Below the pieces are notes generated by a model that was given only the letters and a program-made list of their open reading frames with translations, had not been told where the DNA came from and did no database searches. 64,000 bases of DNA from an uncultured Methylomirabilota bacterium. Lineage in GTDB: Bacteria > Methylomirabilota > Methylomirabilia > Methylomirabilales > 2-02-FULL-66-22. A program made the position numbers and the translations under genes. Positions 8,598 to 20,232 of this stretch are shown in pieces (the first letter of the stretch is position 1; each line of letters starts with the position of its first letter). Location of the stretch: assembly GCA_963845565.1 (NCBI GenBank), contig CAWJSJ010000001.1, positions 128,001 to 192,000 on the forward strand, given 5' to 3'.

Positions 8598-8945
8598 ATG
8601 TTTCGGTTTATCGTTCGTTGGCTCGCCACGGCACTGGGGATCGGTGCCGCCGGCTACATCTTGCCGGGCATTCAGGTGGACGGGGTATGGGCCGCCTCCC
8701 TGGTCGCCTTGCTTTTGGGCTTGCTCAACGCGACGCTGCGACCGATCCTGCTCCTGCTGACCCTTCCCTTGACGCTGGTGACCTTGGGAGCCTTTGCGCT
8801 GGTGATCAACGGGGCGATGCTCGCGCTGGCAGCGGCATTCGTGGAGGGGGTGCATCTGGCAGGCTTCGGCAGCGCCGTGCTGGGGGCGATCGTCATCAGT
8901 CTGGTGGCGGGTCTGGTCAACTGGGCGCTTCGACCGACGGCCTAG
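8598..8945 (+). CDS. YvlD/DUF360 ('phage holin family') four-TM membrane protein
   Basis: LLNATLRPILLLLTLPLTLVTLGAFALVING motif. AGGAG RBS. Confidence 0.88.
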   Translation: MFRFIVRWLATALGIGAAGYILPGIQVDGVWAASLVALLLGLLNATLRPILLLLTLPLTLVTLGAFALVINGAMLALAAAFVEGVHLAGFGSAVLGAIVISLVAGLVNWALRPTA

Positions 8946-9002
8946 GCGATGGGTAATTTCCCGCGGGAACGACGGATCCTGACGCCCATGGAAGGAGAGA
9001 CC

Positions 9003-9938
9003 GTGACCATTCGAAAGGCAGTGTTTCCGGCGGCGGGACTTGGGACGCGATTCCTTCCGGCCACCAAGGCGCAACCCAAGGAGATGCTGCCGATCGTGGA
9101 CAAGCCCACGATTCAGTATGTGGTGGAGGAGGCCGTCGCCTCCGGCATCCGGGACATCATCATGGTGACCGGCCGCGGAAAGAACGCCATCGAAGATCAT
9201 TTCGACCGCTCCGTGGAGCTTGAGATGATGCTCCAGCGGAAAGGGCGCACGGATCTGCTGGAGGTTGTGCGCCGGGTCTCCGAACTGGTTCGAATATGTT
9301 ACGTGCGGCAGGGGGAGCCGTTGGGCCTGGGCCACGCCATCCTGGCGGCCCGGGACCTGGTGGGGGGCGAGCCGTTCGCGGCGCTGCTGGGCGATGACAT
9401 CCTGACGGATCGCATCCCCGCGTTGCGGCAGATGATCGCGGTGTACGAAGCCCATCGCTGCTCCGTCATGCTGGTGAAGCGGGTTCCCCGGTCGGAGGTG
9501 TCGCGCTACGGGGTGATCAAGGCGCGACAGATCGATGACCGCCTCTATCACATCATGGATATGGTCGAGAAGCCCGAGGTCGACAAGGCGCCGTCGGATC
9601 TGGCACTGATCGGCCGCTACATCCTTACGCCGGACATCTTTCCCATCCTGGCGGAGACGGCGTCGGATCGCACCGGCGAAATCCAGCTCACCAACGCCTT
9701 GAAGGCGCTGCTCAAGCGCAAGAAGCACATGCTCTATGCCCTGGAATTCCCGGGACAGTGGCACGACGCCGGCACCGTCCTGGGGTTCCTGAAAACCACG
9801 GTCGAGTTCGCGCTGCAGCGGCCTGACGTGGCCCCCGGCTTCAAGGACTTCCTGCGGGGCCTGGATCTGGGCGGCCCCGCCCCGGCGGCATGTTCGCCGA
9901 CGGCGACGCTGCCCGCCCCGAAACGGCGCGGGCGTTGA
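9003..9938 (+). CDS. galU: UTP--glucose-1-phosphate uridylyltransferase
   Basis: [36 protein letters not shown] and GEIQLT. Confidence 0.96.
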   Translation: MTIRKAVFPAAGLGTRFLPATKAQPKEMLPIVDKPTIQYVVEEAVASGIRDIIMVTGRGKNAIEDHFDRSVELEMMLQRKGRTDLLEVVRRVSELVRICYVRQGEPLGLGHAILAARDLVGGEPFAALLGDDILTDRIPALRQMIAVYEAHRCSVMLVKRVPRSEVSRYGVIKARQIDDRLYHIMDMVEKPEVDKAPSDLALIGRYILTPDIFPILAETASDRTGEIQLTNALKALLKRKKHMLYALEFPGQWHDAGTVLGFLKTTVEFALQRPDVAPGFKDFLRGLDLGGPAPAACSPTATLPAPKRRGR

Positions 9939-10134
9939 CCCCCATCGCGGGGACCAGAGGCCGCGTGGCGCACGCGCCATCACACGGCAAGCCGGCGAAG
10001 GCAGTATTGGACTCCTCCAAACCGGCGCGTCTCTCCGAGGGACGCAGCGGGACGCCGTGGGATATCCTGCGAATCGAAGCGCTGGGAAATCGATACGCCC
10101 GTCGTCGCGATGGGCGGAAGAAGGAGACCCTGCA

Positions 10135-12621
10135 GTGACAGACCACGAGACGGACGTGTTAGGCGTGGAAGATTCCGGGGACCGACCGGAGATTGAGGTG
10201 GGGGTGGAACAACCGCAAGGCGAGCGGAAGATGCCCCAGGATATCCCGCTCCTTCCGGTGCGGGACGTGGTGGTGTATCCGTTCATGATCCTGCCCCTCT
10301 TCGTGGGGCGGGACAAGTCCATCCGGGCCGTCGATGAGGCTCTGTCCCGCGAGCGCTTGATCCTGCTGGTCGCTCAACGGGACGCGGATGCCGAGGACCC
10401 GGCGCCCGAGGGCCTCTACGACATCGGCACCGTGGCCATGATCATGCGCATGCTCAAGATGCCCGATGGGCGCGTGAAGATCCTGGTGCAGGGGGTCTCG
10501 CGCGCCACGGTGAAGGAGTTCACCCGCCGCGACCCGTACTTCGAGGTCAAGATCGGCGAAGTGACGGAGCAGGAAGGGACGGCGCAGGGGCTGGAGGCGG
10601 AAGCCCTCGTCCGGTCGGTGAAGGAGCAGGTTCAGAAGGGGGTAAACCTTGGCAAGGGCGTCTCCCCGGACGTGCTGGTGATCATCAACAACCTCGAGCA
10701 TCCGGGGCGGCTGGCCGATCTGGTGGCGAGTAATCTCGAACTCAAAGTGGAGCAGGCGCAGCAGATCCTGGAAATCTTCGATCCCATGGAGCGCCTCAAG
10801 CGCCTGGCCGATCTCCTCGGCAAGGAGATCGAGGTGCTGGAGATGCAGCAAAAGATCCAGTCCCAGGCCCGCGAGGAAATGGACAAGACCCATCGGGAAT
10901 ACTACCTTCGGGAGCAGCTCAAGGCGATCCAGAAGGAACTGGGAGAGACGGACGAGCGCGGCCAGGAGATCCAAGAACTGGAGCAGAAAGTCGCCAAAGC
11001 GAAGATGCCCAGCGCGGTCGAGCAGGAGGCAAAGACCCAGCTCGGGCGCCTGTCCCGGATGCACCCGGACGCGGCCGAGGCGTCGGTCATTCGCACCTAC
11101 CTTGACTGGCTGATCGATCTGCCGTGGGCGAAGCAGACCAAGGACAATCTCAGCATTACGAAGGCACAGAAGATCCTCGAGGACGACCACTACGACCTGG
11201 AAAAGGTCAAGGAGCGAATCCTGGAGTTTCTGGCGGTGCGCACGCTGAAACGGAAACTGAAGAAGGAGATGAAGGGGCCGATCTTGTGCTTCGTCGGCCC
11301 ACCGGGTGTGGGGAAGACGTCGCTGGGGCGGTCCATCGCGCGGTCCCTGGGGAGAAAATTCGTTCGCATCTCGCTGGGCGGCGTCCGGGACGAGGCGGAG
11401 ATCCGGGGGCACCGGCGGACCTACATCGGTGCCCTGCCGGGTAAGATCATCCAGGGCATCAAGCAGGCCGGGACCAACAACCCGGTCTTCATGATGGACG
11501 AGGTGGACAAGGTGGGTGCCGACTTTCGGGGCGATCCGTCCGCCGCGCTGCTGGAGGTGTTGGATCCGGAGCAGAACTCGGCGTTTACGGATCACTACCT
11601 GGGGGTGCCCTTCGACCTTCGGAACGTGATGTTCATCACCACGGCAAACCTCGCCGACCCCATCATCCCCGCGCTGAAGGACCGCATGGAGGTGATCGAG
11701 ATCTCGGGGTACACCGAGGAAGAGAAGCTGCACATCGCCCGGCGCTATCTCCTGTCGCGGCAGCTGGAGGAGAACGGCATCAGCCCGAAGCTTCTGGAGC
11801 TCCCGGACGAGGCCATCCTCAAGATCGTGCAGCACTACACGCGGGAGGCGGGACTCCGGAACCTCGAGCGGGAGATCGCCACGGTGTGCCGGAAGGTGGC
11901 GCGGGAAGTGGCGGCCGGAAAGAAGGGTTTGACGCGGGTCACGGGATCGGGCCTGCACCGGTACCTGGGGGCGCCCAAGTTCCTGTCGGAGCCGGAGCAG
12001 GAACTGGACGAGATCGGCGTGGCGACGGGCTTGGCCTGGACCCAGACCGGCGGGGACATCCTGTACATCGAGTGCACCACCATGCGCGGCAAGGGGCTCC
12101 TGTCGCTGACCGGACACCTCGGGGACGTGATGAAGGAATCGGCCCAGGCGGCCATGAGTTACTCGCGGTCCCGCGGCGCGCACCTGGGGATCAAGGAAGA
12201 GGCCTTCGCCAAGCAAGACGTCCACGTCCACGTGCCGGCCGGCGCCATCCCCAAGGACGGGCCCTCCGCCGGGATCACGATGGCGACCGCCCTGATCTCC
12301 GCCTTGACCCGGACCCCGGTGCGCCGGGATGTGGCGATGACCGGGGAAATCACCCTGCGCGGGAAGGTGCTGCCCATCGGCGGCCTAAAGGAGAAGGCCC
12401 TGGCGGCGCGTCGCATGGGCATCACCACCGTCATCGTGCCGGCGAAGAACGACAAGGACGTCAAGGAACTGCCCCCGAACGTGCAGCGCGGGATGAAGTT
12501 CATCTACGTCGAGCACATGGACCAGGTCTTGGACGCGGCGCTGGTCAAGCGCGGCCCCGCCCCGCGCGCCGGCGCGGGCGCGCCGGCGCGTCGCGAACGC
12601 CGGCCGGCGGCGCGGGCCTGA
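10135..12621 (+). CDS. lon: ATP-dependent Lon protease
   Basis: Lon N-domain, GPPGVGKTS Walker A, and PKDGPSAG containing the catalytic Ser. Confidence 0.98.
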   Translation: MTDHETDVLGVEDSGDRPEIEVGVEQPQGERKMPQDIPLLPVRDVVVYPFMILPLFVGRDKSIRAVDEALSRERLILLVAQRDADAEDPAPEGLYDIGTVAMIMRMLKMPDGRVKILVQGVSRATVKEFTRRDPYFEVKIGEVTEQEGTAQGLEAEALVRSVKEQVQKGVNLGKGVSPDVLVIINNLEHPGRLADLVASNLELKVEQAQQILEIFDPMERLKRLADLLGKEIEVLEMQQKIQSQAREEMDKTHREYYLREQLKAIQKELGETDERGQEIQELEQKVAKAKMPSAVEQEAKTQLGRLSRMHPDAAEASVIRTYLDWLIDLPWAKQTKDNLSITKAQKILEDDHYDLEKVKERILEFLAVRTLKRKLKKEMKGPILCFVGPPGVGKTSLGRSIARSLGRKFVRISLGGVRDEAEIRGHRRTYIGALPGKIIQGIKQAGTNNPVFMMDEVDKVGADFRGDPSAALLEVLDPEQNSAFTDHYLGVPFDLRNVMFITTANLADPIIPALKDRMEVIEISGYTEEEKLHIARRYLLSRQLEENGISPKLLELPDEAILKIVQHYTREAGLRNLEREIATVCRKVAREVAAGKKGLTRVTGSGLHRYLGAPKFLSEPEQELDEIGVATGLAWTQTGGDILYIECTTMRGKGLLSLTGHLGDVMKESAQAAMSYSRSRGAHLGIKEEAFAKQDVHVHVPAGAIPKDGPSAGITMATALISALTRTPVRRDVAMTGEITLRGKVLPIGGLKEKALAARRMGITTVIVPAKNDKDVKELPPNVQRGMKFIYVEHMDQVLDAALVKRGPAPRAGAGAPARRERRPAARA

Positions 12622-12688
12622 GCCGCGCAGAAAATGGGACTGGGGCGACGCCATCGGTTGACGGTGGGGTAGGAGGGTACTGCGCGTC

Positions 12689-14356
12689 TTGACACAATCC
12701 GAGCCGTGGGTTCGTATCATCCCCCTGGGGGGACTGGGCGAGATCGGGATGAACATGACCCTCCTCGAGACGGCGGAGGACATCCTGGTCATCGACGCCG
12801 GCCTGATGTTTCCCGAGGAGGAGATGCTGGGGATCGATCTCGTCCTGCCCGACGCGACGTACCTGCTGGAACAGCGGGACAAGGTTCGCGGTATCGTCCT
12901 GACGCACGGCCACGAGGACCACACCGGCGGCCTGCCGTATCTCCTCCCGGAGCTCCCGGTTCCCGTCTACGGGACCTGCCTCTCGCTTGGGCTGGTCCAG
13001 GAAAAGCTGCGCGAGTTCGGGCTCGATCAACAGGTCGCCTTGCGTCCGGTGCGGGCCGGAGACCGGCTCCAACTAGGCGCCCTGGAGATCGAGTTCATTC
13101 GGGTGACCCACAGCATCCCCGACGGGGTGGCGATCGCGGTGGGCACGCCGGCGGGGCTGGTCGTCCACACGGGCGACTTCAAATTCGACGACACGCCGGT
13201 GGGTGGCGAGGGGACCGACGTCCGGCGGTTCGCGGAACTGGGGGACGACGGAGTCCTGGCGCTGCTGTCCGACAGCACCAACGCGTCCCGCGCGGGATCG
13301 ACCCCGTCGGAAGCCACCATCGGCCACACATTCGAGCAGCTCTTCCAGGGGGCGCCCCGGCGGCTGATCGTGGCCTGCTTTGCCAGCAACATCCATCGCA
13401 TTCAGCAAGTGCTGGATGTGGCCGCGCGCCTGGGCAAGAAGGTGGCGGTCAACGGCAAGAGCATGACCGCCAATATCCGGATCGCCGGCGAGCTGGGATA
13501 CCTGCGGGTGCCGCCGGAGACGCTGGTGCGGCTGGAGGAGTTGCACCGCGTGCGGCCCGACCAGGGGGTCATCATCACGACGGGGAGCCAGGGTGAGCCG
13601 CTCTCCGCGGTGGCACGGATGGCGGTGGGGGAGCACAAACAGATCGAGGTGGAGCCGGGGGACACCGTAATCTTTTCCGCGCGCGTGATCCCCGGGAACG
13701 AGCAGGCCATCGCCCGGACGGTGAACCAGCTCTTGAAGCGTGGAGCCCTGGTCATCACCGAAGACGTGTGTCCGGGTGTGCACGTCTCGGGTCACCCGAG
13801 CCGGGAAGAGCTCAAGGGGATGCTGCGACTCACGCGGCCTCGCTACTTCGTGCCGGTGCACGGCGAATACCGTCACCTCTATTGGCATGCGGAGCTGGCC
13901 CGCCAGATGGGGATGGCGGCCGACCGCGTGTTCCTGCTGGAGGACGGAGACGTGCTGGAGCTCCGGGCGAGTCACGGGCAGGCGGCGGGACGGGTGGCGG
14001 CCGGGCGGATCCTGGTAGACGGCAAAGGCGTCGGGGACGTCGGGGATGAAGTGCTCCGGGACCGGCAGCGTCTGGCTCAAGACGGGATGCTGGTGGTGAT
14101 CGTCGGCCTGGACAAGGCCGGGTCGGTCCTGGTGGGACCGGAGATCATCTCCCGGGGTTTCGCCGATCTGCCCGAGGGGAGCGCCCTGTTCGACGGCGCC
14201 CGCGCGCTGATCGTCGAGATCCTGGGCAGTTTCGGCACGGACGGGGACGCCGACCGGTCCCTGGTGAAGCAGCGCATTCGGTCCGCCCTGCGCAAGTTCC
14301 TGCAGAGAGCGATCGACCGGCGTCCGATGATCCTGCCGGTGATCATCGACGTCTAG
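12689..14356 (+). CDS. rnj: Ribonuclease J
   Basis: PLGGLGEIGMN, THGHEDH, HTGDFK, TGSQGEP, HVSGH and PVHGE. Confidence 0.96.
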   Translation: MTQSEPWVRIIPLGGLGEIGMNMTLLETAEDILVIDAGLMFPEEEMLGIDLVLPDATYLLEQRDKVRGIVLTHGHEDHTGGLPYLLPELPVPVYGTCLSLGLVQEKLREFGLDQQVALRPVRAGDRLQLGALEIEFIRVTHSIPDGVAIAVGTPAGLVVHTGDFKFDDTPVGGEGTDVRRFAELGDDGVLALLSDSTNASRAGSTPSEATIGHTFEQLFQGAPRRLIVACFASNIHRIQQVLDVAARLGKKVAVNGKSMTANIRIAGELGYLRVPPETLVRLEELHRVRPDQGVIITTGSQGEPLSAVARMAVGEHKQIEVEPGDTVIFSARVIPGNEQAIARTVNQLLKRGALVITEDVCPGVHVSGHPSREELKGMLRLTRPRYFVPVHGEYRHLYWHAELARQMGMAADRVFLLEDGDVLELRASHGQAAGRVAAGRILVDGKGVGDVGDEVLRDRQRLAQDGMLVVIVGLDKAGSVLVGPEIISRGFADLPEGSALFDGARALIVEILGSFGTDGDADRSLVKQRIRSALRKFLQRAIDRRPMILPVIIDV

Positions 14357-14442
14357 CGGGCACGCGCGAGCCAAAGAAAGCGCTTGGCGAATGGCAGGCG
14401 CGGGGTTATAACCTCGGGAACTCTCACGAGGGGTATCGATCG

Positions 14443-16719
14443 GTGACTGCGGATCTGACTCGTCCGAGCGTGTGGATCAAGGGGCTGGCGGCGTTCTGGC
14501 GCCACGACAAGACGCGAGAGGCGATCGGTGTGCTGGCCCTAGCGGCGTCCGTGCTGGCCCTGGCCGCGCTGGCGACTTTCGATCCCCACGATCCCTGTTT
14601 CTTCACCTACGCCAGCATGACCGGCCGACAGGTCCACAATGCTGTGGGGCGGGTAGGTGCCGAGGTGGGTGGGGACCTGCTCGGACTCCTCGGCCTGTCG
14701 GCGCTCCTGGTGCCGCCCGCGCTTTTCTGCTGGGGGTGGGCGTGGGTGGGCGGGAAGCGCCTGTTCCGGGCGTGGCGGCGGGGGGTTGGCCTGGTCCTGC
14801 TGGTGCCGTCGGTCAGTCTGCTGGCGACGGTGTTGCACCAGGTGCACGTGCTTCCCGGCGGCCGCGTTGAGCGGCCCGGTGGATACCTGGGGGATGAACT
14901 CTTCCGGCTCCTGGTGTTCTTCTTCGGAACATTCGGACTGGCGGTCCTCGCACTGGCCGGTCTGGCCCTGGCGGTGATTTCCCTGTCGGAGCGCTCCTTC
15001 GTCTCGCTGCTGGCGTGGCCGTCCGCGGGCCTGAACTGGCTTGCCGATCGGTGGACGGCAGCGCGAGCGCGACGGGCCGCCGCGCGCGCCCGCGCACCTC
15101 GCCCCGCCCCGCGCGAGGCGCCCGAGAGTCAGCCGTTGCCGGCCCCGCGGGCCGAGGTCCCGCTCGTGCCGGCCGACACGGGGGCCGCCGCCGCGACCGT
15201 TGCCAAGGAGAAGGGCAAAGAGAAAGAGTCCGAGACGAAGGCGTCCAAGGTGCAACAGGCTTTGCCGTTCCTGCCGGCCGCCGAGGGTTATGCGCGGCCG
15301 TCGCCCAAGTTCCTGGATCCGGCGCCTCATGAGCCGCAGGGGTCCAGTCAGGACGAGATGGCGCAGAATTCGCGCCTGCTGGAGAAGAAGCTCTTGGAGT
15401 TCGGCGTCGAGGGGCGCGTGACGGCCGTCAATCCCGGCCCGGTCATCACCAGCTACGAGTTGGAACCGGGTCCCGGGATCAAGATCAACCGGATCGTGGC
15501 GTTAGCCGACGATCTGGCCTTGGGGCTCAAAGCCATGAGCGTGCGCGTGGTGGCGCCGATCCCCGGGAAGGCCGCGGTTGGGGTCGAGATCCCCAACCGA
15601 CACCGGGCCACCGTGTACCTGCGGGACGTCCTCGGCACCAAGGAATTTGCCAACGAGTCGCTGCAACTGCCCCTGGCCCTCGGCAAGGAAAGCAGCGGGG
15701 CGCCGATGGTGGCCGACCTGACGCAGATGCCTCACCTGCTGATCGCGGGCGAGACCGGCTCCGGCAAGAGCGTCTGCATCAACTCTCTCATCCTGAGCTT
15801 CGTGTACCGGGCGCAGCCCCGCGACGTCCGCCTCTTGCTGATCGACCCGAAGCGGGTGGAGTTGTCGGTATACAACGGGATTCCGCACCTGGTGGACAAG
15901 GTCGTGGTGGACCCCAAGGACGCGGCGCGCCGGCTGCAGCGGGTCGTCCTCCACATGGAGGAGCGGTACAAGCTCTTCGCCCACGTGGGGGCGCGCAACC
16001 TGCAGAGCTACAACCGGAAGATGGCCCTGGAGCCTCCGGCGGAGGATCCCGAGGCGCCGGGGATCCACAGCGGGCCGCTGCCGTTGCTGGTGGTGGTGAT
16101 CGACGAACTGGCGGACCTCATGATGACGGCGCAGAGCGACGTCGAGAACGCCATCATGCGGCTGGCGCAGATGGCGCGCGCCGTCGGCATCCACCTCATC
16201 GTGGCGACCCAGCGCCCGTCGGTGGACGTGCTGACCGGAGTCATCAAGGCGAACTTCCCGGCGCGGATCTCGTTCCGCGTGGCGTCCAAAGTCGATTCGC
16301 GGACGATCCTCGACATGAACGGGGCGGAGGCGCTGCTCGGGAAGGGCGACATGCTGTTTGTGCCGCCCGGCAGTTCGCGGCCTATCCGCATCCACGGCTG
16401 CAACGTGACCGAAGTGGAGATCCGTCGCGTGGTGGAGTTCCTGGCGAATCAGGGCCGGTCCGAGGAGTTTGTCTGGTCGCTGCTTCCACCCGAGCCGGAG
16501 ACGGCCACCGACGAGGACGACGGCGACGAACTGTACCGCCAGGCGGTGGACATGGTGGTGCAGACCCAGCAAGCCTCCATCTCCATGATCCAGCGGCGGC
16601 TCCGCGTCGGGTTCAACCGGGCGGCGCGCATGATCGAACGCATGGAACGGGACGGCATCGTGAGCCCCATGGACGGCACCCGCCCGCGCGAGGTGTTGGT
16701 GTCACGGGAGGAGTCCTGA
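14443..16719 (+). CDS. ftsK: DNA translocase FtsK
   Basis: N-terminal TM domain, PHLLIAGETGSGKS, IDELADLMM, ATQRPSVDV and gamma domain (QRRLRVGFNRAAR). Confidence 0.97.
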   Translation: MTADLTRPSVWIKGLAAFWRHDKTREAIGVLALAASVLALAALATFDPHDPCFFTYASMTGRQVHNAVGRVGAEVGGDLLGLLGLSALLVPPALFCWGWAWVGGKRLFRAWRRGVGLVLLVPSVSLLATVLHQVHVLPGGRVERPGGYLGDELFRLLVFFFGTFGLAVLALAGLALAVISLSERSFVSLLAWPSAGLNWLADRWTAARARRAAARARAPRPAPREAPESQPLPAPRAEVPLVPADTGAAAATVAKEKGKEKESETKASKVQQALPFLPAAEGYARPSPKFLDPAPHEPQGSSQDEMAQNSRLLEKKLLEFGVEGRVTAVNPGPVITSYELEPGPGIKINRIVALADDLALGLKAMSVRVVAPIPGKAAVGVEIPNRHRATVYLRDVLGTKEFANESLQLPLALGKESSGAPMVADLTQMPHLLIAGETGSGKSVCINSLILSFVYRAQPRDVRLLLIDPKRVELSVYNGIPHLVDKVVVDPKDAARRLQRVVLHMEERYKLFAHVGARNLQSYNRKMALEPPAEDPEAPGIHSGPLPLLVVVIDELADLMMTAQSDVENAIMRLAQMARAVGIHLIVATQRPSVDVLTGVIKANFPARISFRVASKVDSRTILDMNGAEALLGKGDMLFVPPGSSRPIRIHGCNVTEVEIRRVVEFLANQGRSEEFVWSLLPPEPETATDEDDGDELYRQAVDMVVQTQQASISMIQRRLRVGFNRAARMIERMERDGIVSPMDGTRPREVLVSREES

Positions 16720-16720
16720 G

Positions 16721-17434
16721 ATGCGACAGTGGACACGGCTCGCGTGGGGCCTGACGGCGGCGGTCTGGTGGGGCGCGGCGGCGGGTCCCGGAGCGCCGTT
16801 CGGGATGGAGGGGCCCCGCCCGGCGGACGCCGCGGCGTCCCTGCACGAGGTGGTGGAGCGGGTGCAAGCGGCCTGTGCCCAGACGCTGGACCTGTCCGCC
16901 CGGTTCCAGCAGACGGCCACCAACCGCACCTTGAACAGCGTCCAGGAGGCCAGCGGCGTCTTCCTTGCGAAGCGGCCCGGCAAGATGCGCTGGGAATATC
17001 AGAAGCCCGACGCCCGCCTCTTCGTCACCGACGGGAAGACGCTGTGGGCCTACAGTCCGATCGAGAAGCAGGTGGTGGTGCAGGACATCGCCGATGCCAT
17101 GACCTCTCGACTGCCGCTGGCGTTCTTGGCCGGCAACTGCGTCCTCACCAAGGACTTCGAGATCGGGTCCGTGGAGCACGCCGGCACGCGCGGCACGCCG
17201 GGCACCCGGATCCTGGACCTCAAGCCAAAGCGGCCCGAAGCGGGGATCGCCCGCATGCTGCTGGAAGTCAGCCTGCAGCGCTACACCGTCGAGAAAACCA
17301 CGCTGTTCGACGCGTATGGAAACACCACCGCCATCGCCCTCAGCCACCTGAAGTTGAACGATGGACTCGACGATCAGCAATTCCGATTCGCGCCGCCGCC
17401 GGGCGTCGCCGTGGTGACACCGGGCAAACCGTGA
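16721..17434 (+). CDS. lolA: Outer-membrane lipoprotein carrier protein LolA
   Basis: Signal peptide, A.F.Q and KRPGKMRWEY..P...VTDGKTLW. Directly follows ftsK. Confidence 0.88.
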   Translation: MRQWTRLAWGLTAAVWWGAAAGPGAPFGMEGPRPADAAASLHEVVERVQAACAQTLDLSARFQQTATNRTLNSVQEASGVFLAKRPGKMRWEYQKPDARLFVTDGKTLWAYSPIEKQVVVQDIADAMTSRLPLAFLAGNCVLTKDFEIGSVEHAGTRGTPGTRILDLKPKRPEAGIARMLLEVSLQRYTVEKTTLFDAYGNTTAIALSHLKLNDGLDDQQFRFAPPPGVAVVTPGKP

Positions 17435-17462
17435 CCGCACCGGACTCGCGTAGGGGAGCGTC

Positions 17463-17957
17463 ATGAGCAAAGAGTGTTCCTTCGATGTGGCCTCGAAGGT
17501 GGATCTGCAAGAAGTGGACAACGCCATCAACCAGACCAATCGGGAGATCGGGCAGCGCTTCGACTTCAAGGGCAGCCTGATCAGCATCGTGCGGGAGGAG
17601 CACGCGGTCCTGCTCTCCGCCGAGGACGAGTTCAAGCTGAAGCAGGTGCTGGACATCCTGGAAACGAAGATGGTGAAGCGCCAGGTGCCGCTGAAGGCCC
17701 TCAGCCGGGGGAAGGCGGAGCCGGCGGGCGGCGGGCGGGTCCGGCAGCGGATCGAGCTCCAGCAGGGGATCCCGATCGAGAAGGCGCGGGAGATCGTCAA
17801 GCTCATCAAGGGGACCAAGCGCAAGGTCCAGGCGCAGATCCAGGAGGATCAGGTCCGGGTATTCGGCCGCGACCGCGACGACCTGCAGGCGGTGATCCAG
17901 TTCCTGCGCGAGCAGGAGCTGGGAATCGACATGCAGTTTCTCAACTACCGCTCGTAG
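17463..17957 (+). CDS. yajQ: YajQ family nucleotide (c-di-GMP)-binding protein
   Basis: SFDVASKVDLQEVDNA, RFDFKGS, VQAQIQEDQVRV and QFLNYR. Confidence 0.95.
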   Translation: MSKECSFDVASKVDLQEVDNAINQTNREIGQRFDFKGSLISIVREEHAVLLSAEDEFKLKQVLDILETKMVKRQVPLKALSRGKAEPAGGGRVRQRIELQQGIPIEKAREIVKLIKGTKRKVQAQIQEDQVRVFGRDRDDLQAVIQFLREQELGIDMQFLNYRS

Positions 17958-18054
17958 CGCTGGTTGGGGCCACGGGGGCGTCCGCGTCGGGCGGTGCGCC
18001 GGGGATGGCTGCCCCGGCGGCGCGCGCACACACCCGCAGGGTGGGGAGACGTCG

Positions 18055-19593
18055 GTGAGCAAACGCGTGCTGGTGGTGGACAACGATCGGTTCTGCGTCG
18101 AGTTGCTGGGGGACATCCTCAGCCAGGCGGGCTACCAGGTTTCCAAGGCGTACGACGGGATGGAGGCCCTGGAGATCATCCAGGCGGACCTGCCCGACGT
18201 CGTATTCCTGGATATCGTCATGCCGAAGATCGACGGGGATCGCCTTTTCTACTACCTCCGTAACCATCCCCGCACCTGTCATATTCCCATCGTGATCGTG
18301 TCCGGTACGCTCGCCGAGGACCCCAGCGAGGTGCTGGGGATGAAGGCCGACGCGTATGTCGCCAAGGGTCGACGCGATGAGTTTGAACGGAACATCCTGA
18401 CGGCGCTGGAGCGGATCGAGCGCGGCGCGGCGGAAGCGGACCAGGAGATCCTCGGGCTGGAGAACCTCGTTCCCCGCCACAAGGTGAAGGAATTACTGGG
18501 GCTCCGCCGTTTCTCGCAAATGGTGCTGCGGACGATCGCGGAAGGCATCGCCCAGGTCGACGGCCGACAGCGGATTCTGTTCGTCAATCGCGCCTGTCTG
18601 GAGATGATCTGTCGGCCGGAACTGGAACTGATGGGGATGCCGGTGGCCGACATCCTCACCGCCGATCATCGCGCCACGCTGGACGAGGCCATCGGGCGCT
18701 TTACGGCCGCACCGGACGGGCCCTCGTCGCCGGTGACGCTCCAGTACCGCGAGAAGGTCCTGTGCATCACCTTTGCCTGGATCAATCCGTCCGATGCCGG
18801 TCAGGGCTTCTTCACCATCCTCCGGGACGTCACCGACCTGGCGCACAAGATCGACGAACTCTCCGAGGTCAACGCGCGCCTGCAGGCCATGGATCGGATG
18901 CGCTCGGAACTCCTGACGATGGTGTCGCACGACCTGCACACGCCACTGACGGCCATCAAGGGGTCGTTGGAGGTTCTGCTCCACGAGACGGTGGGGGTCG
19001 AACTCCGACATGAGTTGCTGGAGATCGCCAAGAAGAATGCGGACCGCCTGTTCCGGATGGTGAGCGACATTCTCGACCTGGCACGCATCGAGGCCGGTCG
19101 GTTCAAACGGCGTCGGGAACCGTTCGACGTCAAGACCTCGTTGCGGGGGACGGTCGATCGGCTGCAACAAATCGCGCACGGCAAGGACATCACCGTGACG
19201 TTCAGGGCGCCCGATGAGATGACCCTGGTGACCGCCGACAGCGTGCGGATGGAGCAGGTGTTCACCAATCTGCTCGGCAACGCGTTGAAGTTCACGCCCC
19301 GCGGCGGCCGGATCAGTGTGGTCGTGGATGACCTCGGATCGGACATCCTGGTCAAGGTCGAGGATTCGGGTGTGGGCATCCCCCAGGAGCATCTGGACCG
19401 GATCTTTGATCGGTTCTATCGCGTTCCCCTCCCTGCCGGCTTGGAGGTGGAGGGGACCGGTCTCGGCCTCAGCATCTGCCGGGCGGTGGTGGATGAGCAC
19501 GGGGGACGCATCTGGGTGGAGAGCCAGGTGGGTCGCGGCAGCGCGTTCTTCGTCACGATCCCGAAGGAATCGCCGGTCGAGACGACCGTCTAG
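18055..19593 (+). CDS. Hybrid sensor histidine kinase (REC-PAS-HisKA-HATPase)
   Basis: N-terminal REC, PAS-like ILFVNRA, H-box SHDLHTPLT, N-box NLLGNALKF and G boxes. Confidence 0.92.
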   Translation: MSKRVLVVDNDRFCVELLGDILSQAGYQVSKAYDGMEALEIIQADLPDVVFLDIVMPKIDGDRLFYYLRNHPRTCHIPIVIVSGTLAEDPSEVLGMKADAYVAKGRRDEFERNILTALERIERGAAEADQEILGLENLVPRHKVKELLGLRRFSQMVLRTIAEGIAQVDGRQRILFVNRACLEMICRPELELMGMPVADILTADHRATLDEAIGRFTAAPDGPSSPVTLQYREKVLCITFAWINPSDAGQGFFTILRDVTDLAHKIDELSEVNARLQAMDRMRSELLTMVSHDLHTPLTAIKGSLEVLLHETVGVELRHELLEIAKKNADRLFRMVSDILDLARIEAGRFKRRREPFDVKTSLRGTVDRLQQIAHGKDITVTFRAPDEMTLVTADSVRMEQVFTNLLGNALKFTPRGGRISVVVDDLGSDILVKVEDSGVGIPQEHLDRIFDRFYRVPLPAGLEVEGTGLGLSICRAVVDEHGGRIWVESQVGRGSAFFVTIPKESPVETTV

Positions 19594-19629
19594 GCGGCGG
19601 GCCAGCCGGCGCAGCGAGGGGATCGGCGC

Positions 19630-20139
19630 CTACCAGCGATCGCGATGGACCCGCGAGGCGTCGTAGCGAGTCGCCGGGGGGATGCGCTCCGCGGGATGCC
19701 CGATCGGCACCACGGCCAGCGGGATCACCTCGGCCGGCAGGCCGAGCAGCTGCTGGAGTCGCGCCACCCGGTCCTCCTTGGGGTAGATGCCGACCCACAC
19801 GGCCCCCAGGCCCTTGGCGTGGGCCGCCAGCAGCAGATTCTGCGTTGCCGCGGAGCAATCCTGGATCCAGTAACCCCGGTAGCTCTCCAGTCGCAGGTCT
19901 CCGCACACCACGATCGCGACCGGCGCTTCCCGGAGCATCTGAGCGTACGGATGAAAGGTGGGGATCTCGTGGCGCAATCGGCGGTCGGCGATGACGACGA
20001 ATTGCCAGGGCTGCTGGTTTCCTGCCGAGGGGGCGCTCATGGCGGCCCGCAGGATCTCGGCGATGACCGTTTCGGGGACGGGCTCCTGCGTGTACCGACG
20101 GATGCTCCGTCGGGTCAGGATCGCGTCGAGAGTTTCCAC
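19630..20139 (-). CDS. Nitroreductase family protein
   Basis: TRRSIRRY, APSAGNQQPWQF and QNLLLAAHAKGLGAVW. Confidence 0.93.
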   Translation of the reverse strand: METLDAILTRRSIRRYTQEPVPETVIAEILRAAMSAPSAGNQQPWQFVVIADRRLRHEIPTFHPYAQMLREAPVAIVVCGDLRLESYRGYWIQDCSAATQNLLLAAHAKGLGAVWVGIYPKEDRVARLQQLLGLPAEVIPLAVVPIGHPAERIPPATRYDASRVHRDRW

Positions 20140-20232
20140 GGGTCTCCTTTCTGCGTCTGGCGCGGCCCGGAGGCGACACGGCAGGGGATCGTCGCGGGGC
20201 ATGCCCGCCGCCCCAGCCGCCGGACACCCGCG

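Noticed and set aside
8598..8945. 'Phage holin family' gene as evidence of a prophage
   Set aside because: YvlD/DUF360 is a common chromosomal membrane protein, and there are no phage genes nearby.
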